Virus record (IMG/VR): IMGVR_UViG_3300045988_108509 | Coordinates: 1 to 64,000 of that record | Direction: 5' to 3' (one strand) | From: a virus | DNA length: 64,000 bases | Shown here: in pieces, positions 8,212 through 18,346 of the stretch | Layout: every line of letters starts with the position of its first letter | How positions within the stretch are numbered: position 1 is the stretch's first letter | Translations under genes and position numbers: made by a program | The notes under the pieces: generated by a model | What the model saw: only the letters and a program-made list of their open reading frames with translations | What the model was told of the DNA's origin: nothing | Database searches by the model: none

Positions 8212-8400
8212 GTGTATTATCAGAAAGAACACCAAAGAATTACAAATAATACTGACTTAGGTCAATGGCTGATAGTGACGGACGCCACAGGAGACAGGTG
8301 GGTAAAGTGCGAAGAGCTCCGGTTCAGGGGAGACGGGGCCTGCTTTGCGTGGCGTAAGGCTACAGTAGATGAAATTGTTGAACATTTTAAAAGAAGATAA
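8212..8400 (+). CDS. hypothetical 62-aa ORF, GTG start; in frame with 7390..8190 across a single TAA
   Basis: ORF track; contains a GC-rich island; no ATG. Confidence 0.25.
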   Translation: MYYQKEHQRITNNTDLGQWLIVTDATGDRWVKCEELRFRGDGACFAWRKATVDEIVEHFKRR

Positions 8401-8402
8401 TT

Positions 8403-8816
8403 ATGGGATATATATGTACAAGATGTGGTGGAACAAAGGTTGTTTGTGAAGCCATAGTAAATCCGAATACCAGAGAAATAATAGATTATTTTGATGGATC
8501 TTTCGCGCATGCTATTTGCGGGGATTGTGAAAACGAGGTAATAATATCTAACGTTGAAGCAGTCAAACATGAAATTGATTTAAGATTTCATGAATTTGTA
8601 GAAAGAACAGGTAAGGAGCCTGAATATGTAGAATGTCAGATTGTGTGGAAAGAGACAGGAGATGAACAAAGAAAGACAATAAGACTATCGTTGAGCATCA
8701 ACGATGATGACAATGATGATGTTTTTTATTATTGCAATGGGATAGAATCGTTTAAGCAACTTGCTGAATACGGAATGGGAGAATTTATCGTAACATTTTG
8801 TTGGAGTTTCTTTTAA
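8403..8816 (+). CDS. zinc-ribbon hypothetical protein
   Basis: ORF track; CxxC...CxxC. Confidence 0.5.
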   Translation: MGYICTRCGGTKVVCEAIVNPNTREIIDYFDGSFAHAICGDCENEVIISNVEAVKHEIDLRFHEFVERTGKEPEYVECQIVWKETGDEQRKTIRLSLSINDDDNDDVFYYCNGIESFKQLAEYGMGEFIVTFCWSFF

Positions 8817-8829
8817 AACCTATATAGAT

Positions 8830-9195
8830 ATGAAAATAATAAAAATTCCTATTACAGAGCAAACTAAAAAAGTCTATTGTTCTAGAAACAAAGATAAGAA
8901 GGCTTGGGAGAAGTTAATGAGTGAGTGCCCATCCATGACATCAAAAGAGTTTTGGAATAATGAATGGGAAGAATTTGATAAAGAAGAGATTTCGACGCAT
9001 TGGTATTTCATTGTTGGCAAACCGGAATCGATAATAGATGAGTTGATTAATTTGAAGATAGGGGACACAAACGTATTCTATCCAAGTATAAAGGAGAATA
9101 GACCTTGGGATATTGAAGAAATGGACTGGTATGATCTTAGAGCACATGCCAATACCATGAGTGATTTTATTCAGAAGTTATATAACTACATTTAA
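8830..9195 (+). CDS. hypothetical protein
   Basis: ORF track. Confidence 0.5.
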   Translation: MKIIKIPITEQTKKVYCSRNKDKKAWEKLMSECPSMTSKEFWNNEWEEFDKEEISTHWYFIVGKPESIIDELINLKIGDTNVFYPSIKENRPWDIEEMDWYDLRAHANTMSDFIQKLYNYI

Positions 9196-9353
9196 AAAAT
9201 GCTTTATGAATGGAATAATATTTGAATTAGAAGAAAAGTCGAAATATACAGGGAGATACATGGATAGGGAAATCTCCTATAATAACACATCTATAGATTA
9301 CACGAAAGAAATACGAGAATGTGACAGAAAGAGTGAGATCAAGGATTTATTAA

Positions 9354-9680
9354 ATGACCCTTGTCTTGGTAAAATATTTGAAAGGGGGGGAAGTTGATGA
9401 TGAAATTATATATAATGGTAATATAGAAGATGTAAAAGAGGAATGGATGCGTGCTATACAAAATGGGGTAGATAAAATGAATGTTAACAAAGATATGAAT
9501 GGACATAATCTTATTTATGTAATAAAATATGGGATTTGCAGATACGCGTATCGTATTTACATTGATTCATATCCGGGATATGTTGTAAAAGATCCAATAA
9601 CACTAATAGAATGGGTTCAAGGTTTAAAGCCTGGAACCGTCATTAAAATAAGAGGAATATTTATTTATCATTTTTTATAA
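9354..9680 (+). CDS. hypothetical protein
   Basis: ORF track. Confidence 0.45.
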   Translation: MTLVLVKYLKGGEVDDEIIYNGNIEDVKEEWMRAIQNGVDKMNVNKDMNGHNLIYVIKYGICRYAYRIYIDSYPGYVVKDPITLIEWVQGLKPGTVIKIRGIFIYHFL

Positions 9681-9688
9681 CATATTTT

Positions 9689-10081
9689 ATGAAAACACAA
9701 GAAGAATACGCATTTGAAATTGACGAAATTGTCCGCCGGGATGTAGAGAGTTGCCAGGGCGACTGGTTTAGTATTGACAAGGAAATATTTATGCAGCCAG
9801 AGAATAAGAACAAGACATTCATCTTAGGGACCCGGAAGACCGGATGTGATCTAATTATACTTGGTGGCACTAATTGTAACGAAAGCACTATGAATTGGGT
9901 TTTCGGATGTCTTGGTAATGAAAACTTCTATGTATGCCAGCCGGTAACTTTCTATAAATACCAGCAAGAAATTAAGAAAGTGAATCCGTTGTATGCTTTT
10001 AAGGTGGCCACTGCTTATTTCAGAGATAAGGGGATGATCCCGGTGCTTGAAGGTGCCTACTGTAAATTAATGAAATTATAA
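9689..10081 (+). CDS. hypothetical protein
   Basis: ORF track. Confidence 0.5.
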   Translation: MKTQEEYAFEIDEIVRRDVESCQGDWFSIDKEIFMQPENKNKTFILGTRKTGCDLIILGGTNCNESTMNWVFGCLGNENFYVCQPVTFYKYQQEIKKVNPLYAFKVATAYFRDKGMIPVLEGAYCKLMKL

Positions 10082-10105
10082 GTATAACGATTAAACTAAA
10101 ATGAT

Positions 10106-10900
10106 ATGGAAACTGCAAACAAACTAACTTATTTAAGTACAAAATTCTTTACAGAAAACAAAGAAGAATACAGAATAACAGTCACAATATCTTTAGATGA
10201 TGATTGTCATAACAATATGTGTGACTGGAGCGTAACGGCCGATATTAGACAGAAAAATCAATATGGAACGTATGGGGAGTATATGGGAGGCTGCTGCCAC
10301 GATGAAGTTGCAAAACATTTTCCAGAATTGGCGAAATTCATATCGTTGCATCTTTGTAACCATTATGGTGCTCCTATGTATCCGGTGGAAAATGGCATAT
10401 ATCACGTTAGAAGAAGTGGTATGTCTGTGGCAATGGAGTATTTGCGTATATCAGAACAAGAATGCGTAGAATTATATAAAGCCTCTGAGGATAAGATGTA
10501 TTTCAAGTATCTGCTTTTCAATCTGGGGATTGTGGATAGATGGAAACGTGAATCAGACGAGCTTCTTGTTGAACTTGAAGACCTGTGTGGCAAGAAATGG
10601 GTAAATCCGTACACACCGGAAAAGGAAAGGTTTACTTTGATATTAACGGACGAGGAACGTTTGCTTGTTGAAGAGCGCATTAAAGCCGGGTATTATTCCG
10701 CAGAAAATATCAAAAAACGTAGGGAGGAGGTTCATAAGGCAAAGATGTTGAAAAAGCGTGCTGAAATTTGTGAGCGATACGATAAGAAAATCAGACAAGA
10801 AGAAGTTGAAAAGAAGATAATGCTCTGTGTGTTTGATTATGGGTTATCTACCGATAATGTTATATATTATTCTCACACGAACACTTTGTCTTTCAACTAG
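10106..10900 (+). CDS. hypothetical protein (264 aa)
   Basis: ORF track; preceded by a TAAACTAAAATG motif. Confidence 0.55.
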   Translation: METANKLTYLSTKFFTENKEEYRITVTISLDDDCHNNMCDWSVTADIRQKNQYGTYGEYMGGCCHDEVAKHFPELAKFISLHLCNHYGAPMYPVENGIYHVRRSGMSVAMEYLRISEQECVELYKASEDKMYFKYLLFNLGIVDRWKRESDELLVELEDLCGKKWVNPYTPEKERFTLILTDEERLLVEERIKAGYYSAENIKKRREEVHKAKMLKKRAEICERYDKKIRQEEVEKKIMLCVFDYGLSTDNVIYYSHTNTLSFN

Positions 10901-11012
10901 GACAGTTATGAAGAAAAAATCACACAGGAAGAGTTTGATGATTTTGTGAATAAGGTAGACCGCTCTCAGTTGCCAGAAGGCATCAAGTTTGAACTTAAAT
11001 AAAATACAAGAT

Positions 11013-11303
11013 ATGGTAAGATTGAATTTTGAAACATTGTTTCGTATCGTAAGATGGGATTACAACCGTTGCTTTAAGGATGAATCACTGGACAAGGATT
11101 TGTTCGTAGAAAAATACGGACGGGTAATGGGTGAACATTATTATAACAAGTTTGTCCATGAATTTGACGGAAATATCCTGAAGATGGTTGGTTACTTCAG
11201 AGGTTCCGAAAAAGATGGGCAAGTCTTCTGCGATATGATAACCGAACGTATTGAAAAATACGAAAAGAGAATGCCATATGATAAAGGTAAGTTAAACAAT
11301 TAA
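11013..11303 (+). CDS. hypothetical protein (start at the second Met)
   Basis: ORF track 10989..11303. Confidence 0.45.
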   Translation: MVRLNFETLFRIVRWDYNRCFKDESLDKDLFVEKYGRVMGEHYYNKFVHEFDGNILKMVGYFRGSEKDGQVFCDMITERIEKYEKRMPYDKGKLNN

Positions 11304-11315
11304 AAAGATATTTAT

Positions 11316-12389
11316 ATGAACAATTCAATGGTCGCTTCAATGGTCGCTCACTTGTGGGCTCATGAACAAGAAGAATCAGCATCAGGGAGCAATTTCTTCT
11401 TTGAAGGTACAAGTATTTATTCTTACGGGCATCACTTTGAAGTCGGGAGAATAGTAAAAAACAAACAAGGGAAGAAGGCATACCTGATAAATGAAGATTA
11501 TTATTCTGTTACCACGAGCAAATATCAACGCTATGTTCGTAATGCGATACCAACTCAGGCAATGGTTTTCAGTGTAGGGGATAATATATCGGATACTGGT
11601 AATATGAGGTTTGTTGTCAGCAAACTGGAATCAATTAAGAAGTCTATTGAAAAATACAAAAGAGCTAAAACAGAATTATCTTATACAGATATTTGGGGCG
11701 CTTTTGGGAATATGATGGATTACATTCAGTTCTTTAACATGGGAACTCCCCAGCGTCTTCTTAAAAAGAGTGCAAACGAATGGCTTGGAACTAACCATAA
11801 ATTATCATGGAAATCAGATAATATTAAACGTGAATATGTCCGTGAGTTGAAACGTGTTTTCCAGATCTTGTTGAATCATCAAGTACTGGAAGTTCTTGGA
11901 ACCGTTAATGTGATTGTTGATGAAGTTTGCGGGGAAGGTACATGGATTAAGTATTCAGAAAGATCTGAAAGATGGAGAAAGGGTGAGGAAGAAAGAGAAA
12001 GAATAAAATTAGAGAGATTAAGAAAGGAAGAAGAAGCCCATTACAAGGATTTTGATGAAAAACTGGAAGAGTGGAAGTCAGGAGAAATCAATTTCTTGAA
12101 TACACCTTTCTATATTCCTGATGAAAAACCTAACGCCTGGATTCGTATAAAAGGAAATATTATTGAGACAAGTAAACAGATAAAGATTGGAATAGCAGAA
12201 GCCAGAAAACTGTGGCGGGCTGTGTCGGCAATGCACCGGGGCGCCGAGTTTCGGCACGGTCTGGTGGAGGACGTCACCGGTCACCAGTGGAGTCTAAATC
12301 GGTACGAAAACGATTTGTTAACCGCTGGATGTCATCGGATAGCATATAACGAAATGGAGAGAATAGCAAAACAACTGGGATGGGTTTAA
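11316..12389 (+). CDS. hypothetical protein (357 aa)
   Basis: ORF track; GC-rich island at 12228-12300 in its C-terminus. Confidence 0.55.
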   Translation: MNNSMVASMVAHLWAHEQEESASGSNFFFEGTSIYSYGHHFEVGRIVKNKQGKKAYLINEDYYSVTTSKYQRYVRNAIPTQAMVFSVGDNISDTGNMRFVVSKLESIKKSIEKYKRAKTELSYTDIWGAFGNMMDYIQFFNMGTPQRLLKKSANEWLGTNHKLSWKSDNIKREYVRELKRVFQILLNHQVLEVLGTVNVIVDEVCGEGTWIKYSERSERWRKGEEERERIKLERLRKEEEAHYKDFDEKLEEWKSGEINFLNTPFYIPDEKPNAWIRIKGNIIETSKQIKIGIAEARKLWRAVSAMHRGAEFRHGLVEDVTGHQWSLNRYENDLLTAGCHRIAYNEMERIAKQLGWV

Positions 12390-12430
12390 GTAACCCATCT
12401 TATTTTATAACAACTAAAAACAAGAAAAAT

Positions 12431-13168
12431 ATGGAAAATCCAATTATTGTTCCGTTTGATTTAAATACGGCGAGAAAAATTAAAAGCGGAGAAATAGAAG
12501 GTTCGGTATTAATTGATAATATTGAGATAGAATTTGTATATGAGTCGAAAGACTGCGCCGGTCCTTATAATTCACTTTTTGTAAGAAAAGATGGATATGG
12601 AATAAGTTCTATATATGCCAACACGGAAGGTTGTACTATTGGCGGCACCACTCTGGAATTGAAAGTAGAGGCTGGGGCGTATTTCAAGAAAGGAGATGTA
12701 TTAACAAGCACTAATGGATATCAATTCATATATGATGGAATTATTACCAAAGGGATAATGGGATGTATATGCGGAATGGCAACATTTGGAGATATTGGGT
12801 TTGATTACAAATTATGGACTCATGTGTATGACGAAGATAAAAAACGGCATGTAAGAAAGGCTATAGAAGAAGAGAAGAAATTTTTAGCAGAAAAGATTAT
12901 AAAAGTCGAAGACAGTAGAAAAATAGATATAATAAAACGATATTTAAGTGAATATGAGTATCTATTAGATGAGATGCCGAAACATGACTTCAAACCATTT
13001 GAACGAGTATTGGTAAGAAGAACTAACCAAGAGAGGTGGAAATTGCATTTATTTTCCAGAGAATCAGGAGAAGATAATAAATACGAATGCTTAGGAGGGG
13101 TAGGATTTAGTCAGTGTATCCCATACGAAGGAAACGAACATCTTTTAGGAACCAATAAAAACAAATAA
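12431..13168 (+). CDS. hypothetical protein, tandem paralog 1 (start MENPIIVPFDL)
   Basis: ORF track 12380..13168. N- and C-termini are similar to the next gene (KPFERVLVRR.../...FEGNEHLLGT). Confidence 0.55.
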   Translation: MENPIIVPFDLNTARKIKSGEIEGSVLIDNIEIEFVYESKDCAGPYNSLFVRKDGYGISSIYANTEGCTIGGTTLELKVEAGAYFKKGDVLTSTNGYQFIYDGIITKGIMGCICGMATFGDIGFDYKLWTHVYDEDKKRHVRKAIEEEKKFLAEKIIKVEDSRKIDIIKRYLSEYEYLLDEMPKHDFKPFERVLVRRTNQERWKLHLFSRESGEDNKYECLGGVGFSQCIPYEGNEHLLGTNKNK

Positions 13169-13172
13169 GATT

Positions 13173-13904
13173 ATGGAATATAAAATGGTAACAATCCCGT
13201 TTGATTTAGAAACGGCGAAAAAAATAAACATAGGGGAAAGAGTAGGTCAGATTGTGACAGAGAAAGGACGAAATAGAGCAGAAATAGTATATGAAGACAA
13301 TTCGTCAATTTGTCCGTTATTGGTTGTAATTCATTCTATTTCTGTATCGGCAGATTGGTTTTCTGCTACAGGAAAAGCATTTAGCAGCGAAAATCGCCTC
13401 CTTCTTGAAGTCCCGGAATATACTACATTTAAAGATGGAGATGTGTTAAGCAACAAAGATGGAAGTTATATTTTTATTTTAAATATGCATGGGAAATATT
13501 TAACATCTTTGTATGCGAGTCTTACAATAAGAAGAGGTCTTACTATATCGGATAATTTGGCTGCACACGAAAACCACATAGAATGTTATAGACTTGCAAC
13601 AGATTCGGAAAAACAGAAGATGATTAAAGCGTTAAAGAAAAGCGAAAATCCTAAAGCAAAAGAATATCTGAAACGCTTCTTCGGGATTAAAGAAGAGCCG
13701 AAATATGAGTTTAAGCCGTTTGACAAAGTGCTGGTAAGAAAAGAAGGAAATAAAAAATGGAATATCAGTTTGTTTGCAAGGGAAATTGTGGACGATTATA
13801 ATGGATTGCCTTATAAGTACGAATGTTCTAATGGAACATTATGGGATTATTGTATTCATTTTGAGGGAAACGAGCATCTTTTAGGAACTGCTGAGGCGCT
13901 TTAA
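13173..13904 (+). CDS. hypothetical protein, tandem paralog 2
   Basis: ORF track; shares IPFDLETAKKI... and ...EGNEHLLGT with the previous gene. Confidence 0.55.
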   Translation: MEYKMVTIPFDLETAKKINIGERVGQIVTEKGRNRAEIVYEDNSSICPLLVVIHSISVSADWFSATGKAFSSENRLLLEVPEYTTFKDGDVLSNKDGSYIFILNMHGKYLTSLYASLTIRRGLTISDNLAAHENHIECYRLATDSEKQKMIKALKKSENPKAKEYLKRFFGIKEEPKYEFKPFDKVLVRKEGNKKWNISLFAREIVDDYNGLPYKYECSNGTLWDYCIHFEGNEHLLGTAEAL

Positions 13905-13964
13905 TGTACGCAAATTAGAGTTGCAAGAATATCTGTCCCCAGATATTTTGAAAATGGAACATAT

Positions 13965-14309
13965 ATGAAAATAGAATACATACAAAAAGGAAGGATAAAA
14001 TTCCACAGAGAAGATGGAACAATAGGTGAAAGTCCAGGATGTGGGTCTATTCTGGTTGCATTCGGCGAAGAGAATGCGGAAACATTAAGATCTTCTAATA
14101 TTGAAGGAAGATATATACAGGTCAATCAAGAACCGTGTAACACCCATGTAGATTGGGAACAACGTAGATACGAGATGGCAAAAACCATGCTTCCGATCAC
14201 ATCCGTATCAGGACGTGGACCTCACGGTGAATTAATATTGGAAGCGTGTGATAAGGCGGCTGAATTAGCTGTAATATATGCGGATGCTTTAATTAAAGAA
14301 CTGAAATGA
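13965..14309 (+). CDS. hypothetical protein
   Basis: ORF track. Confidence 0.5.
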   Translation: MKIEYIQKGRIKFHREDGTIGESPGCGSILVAFGEENAETLRSSNIEGRYIQVNQEPCNTHVDWEQRRYEMAKTMLPITSVSGRGPHGELILEACDKAAELAVIYADALIKELK

Positions 14310-14463
14310 AATCAACAGTATATGCTCATCCTGAGAATGATTATAGATTTTATGGACTTCCTCTATTTAAAGCTATGGCTGTAAAATACGGATGGAATAA
14401 TCCTATAGGGGAAGACAGTGGGAGAGAGAAAAAATATAATTCACAGTATTAAGTAGATATATT

Positions 14464-15303
14464 ATGAGCACAAGTAAAGAATACAAGGCGGTAAGAAACT
14501 GCATACTAAATGAACTTCACCTTACCAAAGAAGATATAATCAAAAACATAGAACCATTATTGGAAAAGCTTGTAAAAAGGTGCATGCATAATACATACGG
14601 AGGAAACAATCAGATAGAAAATTGGATCAGATGTATGGTAAACGATGAACTTAAACAAAAAGAAGGCTATGGTTTTGTAAGGAAAATATGTGGGGAGGTT
14701 ATAAAAGATCATGTGTTGAATGAGTTAAATATAATTGTAAGTCCCAAAAATGAAAGATGCGTATGTGAAAATAGAGTACCATCAAGAAAAGATGGTTTGT
14801 ATCTAATCTACGGAAACGGACACGTTGAGCCGTTTACTGGAGAGAATTTCAAAAAGAATGTGCGTTATATCGGATTAAAGCACAAAGACGTATCGTTTGC
14901 TATCTCACTGACGGAGCATGATAGCGTACAATTGCTTGACGATGATAGCCGTGAAAAATCCGGAAGTGAGACATATTACGAACGTAAATGTGATGCGCTG
15001 TTTGACATTGACGGACGCGGCAATACGGAACGCCTTGTGGCCAGAAATCCAAAGTTGAAAAATTTGCTGAAAGATGGCGAGTATATACCATCTCTTGGTC
15101 AATTAAATTTAATGGCCCATTATATGGACGAACTAAACAAAGCATTCGCTTATGTTTCGGCATCTCCCCTCTCCTCGACGTGGTATAGGTCCAGTACCGA
15201 GAGCAGCCCGAGCGTCGCGTGGTACGTGGACTTCTCCATTGGTAGCGCGTACTACAGTGACAAGTACAACAGTAGCAGGGTTCGGGCGGTAATTGATTTT
15301 TAA
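14464..15303 (+). CDS. hypothetical protein with possible TOPRIM-like DxDxxG (LFDIDGRG); partner of the downstream ATPase
   Basis: ORF track. The motif is only weak. The C-terminal 130 nt are GC-rich and encode a Ser/Tyr-rich tail. Confidence 0.5.
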   Translation: MSTSKEYKAVRNCILNELHLTKEDIIKNIEPLLEKLVKRCMHNTYGGNNQIENWIRCMVNDELKQKEGYGFVRKICGEVIKDHVLNELNIIVSPKNERCVCENRVPSRKDGLYLIYGNGHVEPFTGENFKKNVRYIGLKHKDVSFAISLTEHDSVQLLDDDSREKSGSETYYERKCDALFDIDGRGNTERLVARNPKLKNLLKDGEYIPSLGQLNLMAHYMDELNKAFAYVSASPLSSTWYRSSTESSPSVAWYVDFSIGSAYYSDKYNSSRVRAVIDF

Positions 15304-15314
15304 AAAGGATTACA

Positions 15315-16127
15315 ATGATAACATCAGTAAAAATAAAAGACAATACGAAAACTCCATTTGAATATGCTTCTGACATAGAAGCATTTGAAAATGGCAGAGA
15401 ATTTATTTTCAAGCCAGGAGTGAATGTGATTATAGGGAAAAACGGTAGTGGAAAATCAACTTTGCTTAACATCATATCAATGTATGCGTTATGTGAGAAA
15501 TCCATGTGCTCTGAAATACCGATCGAGGCACTGGATTTTCCACCTATATTTGATGATGATGATGATGACAAGGTTCTTGATGGGATTGACATATCATCCG
15601 ATTATGCAGGGAAAGTATTCCGTTTATTGCCATCGGCGGAGATGAATCGAGATAGTGTATTAAAAAACATCAGCAACTTAGATTTGTATGTGAATAATAT
15701 TCGAAGATCTTATGGAGAGAAAGTGGTGTTATCATTGGAATCACTTTTCAATTTAATGTTCGGTCAAAAGGATTATACATTTCCAATACAAGATCTTGTA
15801 GAATACAAGAAAAAATCAAATGCGTTTTGGATTAAAAGAATTGATAACCTGTTGAAGTATTATAAAAGAAACCGCATAACATTAACAGAAAGCAGTTTTG
15901 AATACACGGTTCTCATGGATGAGCCAGACAGGAATCTTGATATTGACAACATAATGCAGATTTACAATGTATTGTCATTTCATAAACCACAAACACAAAT
16001 TATAGCCATAATACACAATCCGGCATTGATTTACAAATTAAGCAAATTAGATTGTGTTAATTTCATAGAGATGACAGAAGGGTATCTAAAGAATGTTGTT
16101 AATTTTATAAGCGAAACAAATGAATGA
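15315..16127 (+). CDS. small ABC-type ATPase (Walker A GKNGSGKST, Walker B VLMDEPDRNLD, H-loop IIHN)
   Basis: Motifs read in the translation. This is RecF/SMC/AAA_21-like minimal ATPase architecture. Confidence 0.7.
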   Translation: MITSVKIKDNTKTPFEYASDIEAFENGREFIFKPGVNVIIGKNGSGKSTLLNIISMYALCEKSMCSEIPIEALDFPPIFDDDDDDKVLDGIDISSDYAGKVFRLLPSAEMNRDSVLKNISNLDLYVNNIRRSYGEKVVLSLESLFNLMFGQKDYTFPIQDLVEYKKKSNAFWIKRIDNLLKYYKRNRITLTESSFEYTVLMDEPDRNLDIDNIMQIYNVLSFHKPQTQIIAIIHNPALIYKLSKLDCVNFIEMTEGYLKNVVNFISETNE

Positions 16128-16133
16128 AAGAAC

Positions 16134-16478
16134 ATGAGAAAGGAATTGAAAATAATAGGCTCAAAAGAGCGACACGTATTTACAGCGACATTCATTCGTT
16201 TTGGATTCAGGGATGGGTATAAAGGACCTGTAAAGACAATACTTTTACAAGACGTGTTACTAGATGGTAAAGTAGTAACAGACCATTTGTGGTTTGATTT
16301 GACAAAAGGATTCAAAAACGCTGATTTATTACCGGGCGATGTGGTTGAGTTCTGCGCAAGGGTTAGCGTTTACGAGAAAGGATATAAAGGATATAGGAAT
16401 AACGTATTCGGTAGACCGATAGAAAAGGATTATCGATTGTCAAGACCAACAAAGATTAAAAAGATTGGGGATAAATAA
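16134..16478 (+). CDS. hypothetical protein
   Basis: ORF track. Confidence 0.5.
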   Translation: MRKELKIIGSKERHVFTATFIRFGFRDGYKGPVKTILLQDVLLDGKVVTDHLWFDLTKGFKNADLLPGDVVEFCARVSVYEKGYKGYRNNVFGRPIEKDYRLSRPTKIKKIGDK

Positions 16479-16521
16479 ATATAATTTAATACAATTTAGG
16501 CGTGATAACATGTTAAACTTT

Positions 16522-16529
16522 TATATTTG
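16522..16529 (+). promoter_or_regulatory. candidate Bacteroidota-type -7 element TATATTTG, 22 nt before the ATG of 16552
   Basis: Matches TAnnTTTG; intergenic. Confidence 0.25.
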
Positions 16530-16551
16530 TACTTAATTAATTAAAGAAAAA

Positions 16552-16845
16552 ATGAACTGGAAGAAATTTAAAGAGGAAAAACCTCCAGAGGGAGAAGAAG
16601 TGTTGGCTTACCATCCAAGTTGGATAGATGAAGATTTCAACCCAAGAGGCATAAGAATAGGGTTTTGGAATGGAGGGGACGATTTTAAATCAGCCCATTG
16701 GTGGGATTATCAAGATTGTTATATCACAATCTCTCATTGTGATTGTGATGATAATTCTCTTTTCAGTGATAGAATAAAAAACAGCATAGAGCCGGAGTTA
16801 TGGATATCACTTGATGTTATTACAAATTACTTACCTAACAGGTGA
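16552..16845 (+). CDS. hypothetical protein
   Basis: ORF track. Confidence 0.5.
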   Translation: MNWKKFKEEKPPEGEEVLAYHPSWIDEDFNPRGIRIGFWNGGDDFKSAHWWDYQDCYITISHCDCDDNSLFSDRIKNSIEPELWISLDVITNYLPNR

Positions 16846-17125
16846 CTATATACCTAATCATATTTTAGAAATCATGACCTGGAAAGAATTAAAAGACAAA
16901 ATATCCCTTATGGCAGAAGAAGAGCAACGACAAGAAGTTGCAGTATGGGGAGAAAATATGAATTTGATGAAAGATTGCTCCTTGGAGAAAACAAATGAGG
17001 ATATGTACTACAACTCTGAATGGGATTATACTCGCGAAGAGAGTGAATTGGAACCGGAAGACAAGAATGACCCTGATGTACATAGGGTATATGAAGCAGG
17101 AATGTATTATATTTATTCGAATTGA
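16811..17125 (+). CDS. hypothetical acidic protein
   Basis: ORF track. Confidence 0.45.
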   Translation: MMLLQITYLTGDYIPNHILEIMTWKELKDKISLMAEEEQRQEVAVWGENMNLMKDCSLEKTNEDMYYNSEWDYTREESELEPEDKNDPDVHRVYEAGMYYIYSN

Positions 17126-17889
17126 TTTTAAAAGATCTGATTATGGCAGCATTAACAACACTAAATATAACGGAAAAGAATGCTAACAACAGTTTGTCCG
17201 TAACTGTTAAAGTGAATGTCACCAAAGAAGGAGTGTTTACCACTACCTTGTCAAAAGAAGATGTGGATAAGATTCATTCTTATGGGATCAAATTACCTAC
17301 AAACAGATTAGGCAACGAAGGATATTTCAATAGTATAGCACTTTCTGATTTGGAAAGTCAAATCAGGGAAGTTCTGAAGAGATGTTTGAGTTATAAAATA
17401 GTAGAAGAAGTGCCTGTTATTAAGTATCAACTGGAAACGAATTGCATGTTTTCATATGACAAAAACGGAAATATTGTCCCTAACCCCTCTAAGGAATGGA
17501 CAGGAGGCGATGAAAATGGAGAATGGAGGGATGGAACTTCCCGTTTAGATGCCTTAAACGCCCAACCTTTCGGTTTTAGTGTTTATGCAAAACCATTTCT
17601 AAAAAGAGTAATTGAATATGGAAATGGAGAGACAAAAGTAGAATACAGCAGGTTAAATACAGAAGAAGGAACCTATGCGCACTGGCTGAATTGTGTAACG
17701 AGCATATCATACAATAGATATAAACAGGTAATGGAAGTGGAGTGTAACGAATGTACCTCGAAATTATTCGTTGATATGATCAAGTCCATTTGTAATATAA
17801 GCGAACAAGTTAAGAGTTTTATCAATCCAGAACAAATAAAAGCAATTGCGGAGTCAAATGAACCGATTTTGCTTTTATCTAACAACTAA
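17122..17889 (+). CDS. hypothetical protein (255 aa)
   Basis: ORF track. Confidence 0.55.
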   Translation: MILKDLIMAALTTLNITEKNANNSLSVTVKVNVTKEGVFTTTLSKEDVDKIHSYGIKLPTNRLGNEGYFNSIALSDLESQIREVLKRCLSYKIVEEVPVIKYQLETNCMFSYDKNGNIVPNPSKEWTGGDENGEWRDGTSRLDALNAQPFGFSVYAKPFLKRVIEYGNGETKVEYSRLNTEEGTYAHWLNCVTSISYNRYKQVMEVECNECTSKLFVDMIKSICNISEQVKSFINPEQIKAIAESNEPILLLSNN

Positions 17890-18048
17890 AAAATCATGAG
17901 GTATGTATGTGTTTTTATCTGCTTTCTGTTATGACTTATTTTTACGTTGTTATTATCATTCACTGTCATAGGATTGGTTATAAACGTGAGTGATGAATGG
18001 CAGGAAATGGGTGACAAAATAATAGATAAACTTTAAAAATAATTGAGC

Positions 18049-18327
18049 ATGAGTAAATATACAGCAAAACAAATTGCCGAGTCCGATGATCTGTTTGATA
18101 AGCAAATACATAAAGTCAGAAAGTTTTATTTGAGTCGTAATCCTGATAAAATGATGATGCTCGAAGAAAGAAAAGCTGTTATCAAAGAACGAAATAAAGG
18201 TCTTTCCCCAGAATATGATAAGGAATATTATTGCGGAACCTGCGGAGCTAAAGACGGTGCGGAGCATCCTAAAACCGGATATTGCTTTCACTGTGATACG
18301 GATAACTGGATTCCAAAAAATGACTAA
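18049..18327 (+). CDS. hypothetical protein (start at ATG MSKYTAK)
   Basis: ORF track 18043..18327. Confidence 0.5.
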   Translation: MSKYTAKQIAESDDLFDKQIHKVRKFYLSRNPDKMMMLEERKAVIKERNKGLSPEYDKEYYCGTCGAKDGAEHPKTGYCFHCDTDNWIPKND

Positions 18328-18346
18328 CAACTAAAATAATCGAATT

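Noticed and set aside
14900-15592. Long antisense ORFs (e.g. 14900..15592-, 4846..5079-, 27834..28049-, 34834..35058-, 43205..43474+, 47115..47447+, 54802..55377+, 55367..56086+, 61060..61455+)
   Set aside because: They overlap better-supported genes on the other strand. They arise where GC-rich islands or biased codons remove stop codons. They have no start context and no recognisable motifs.
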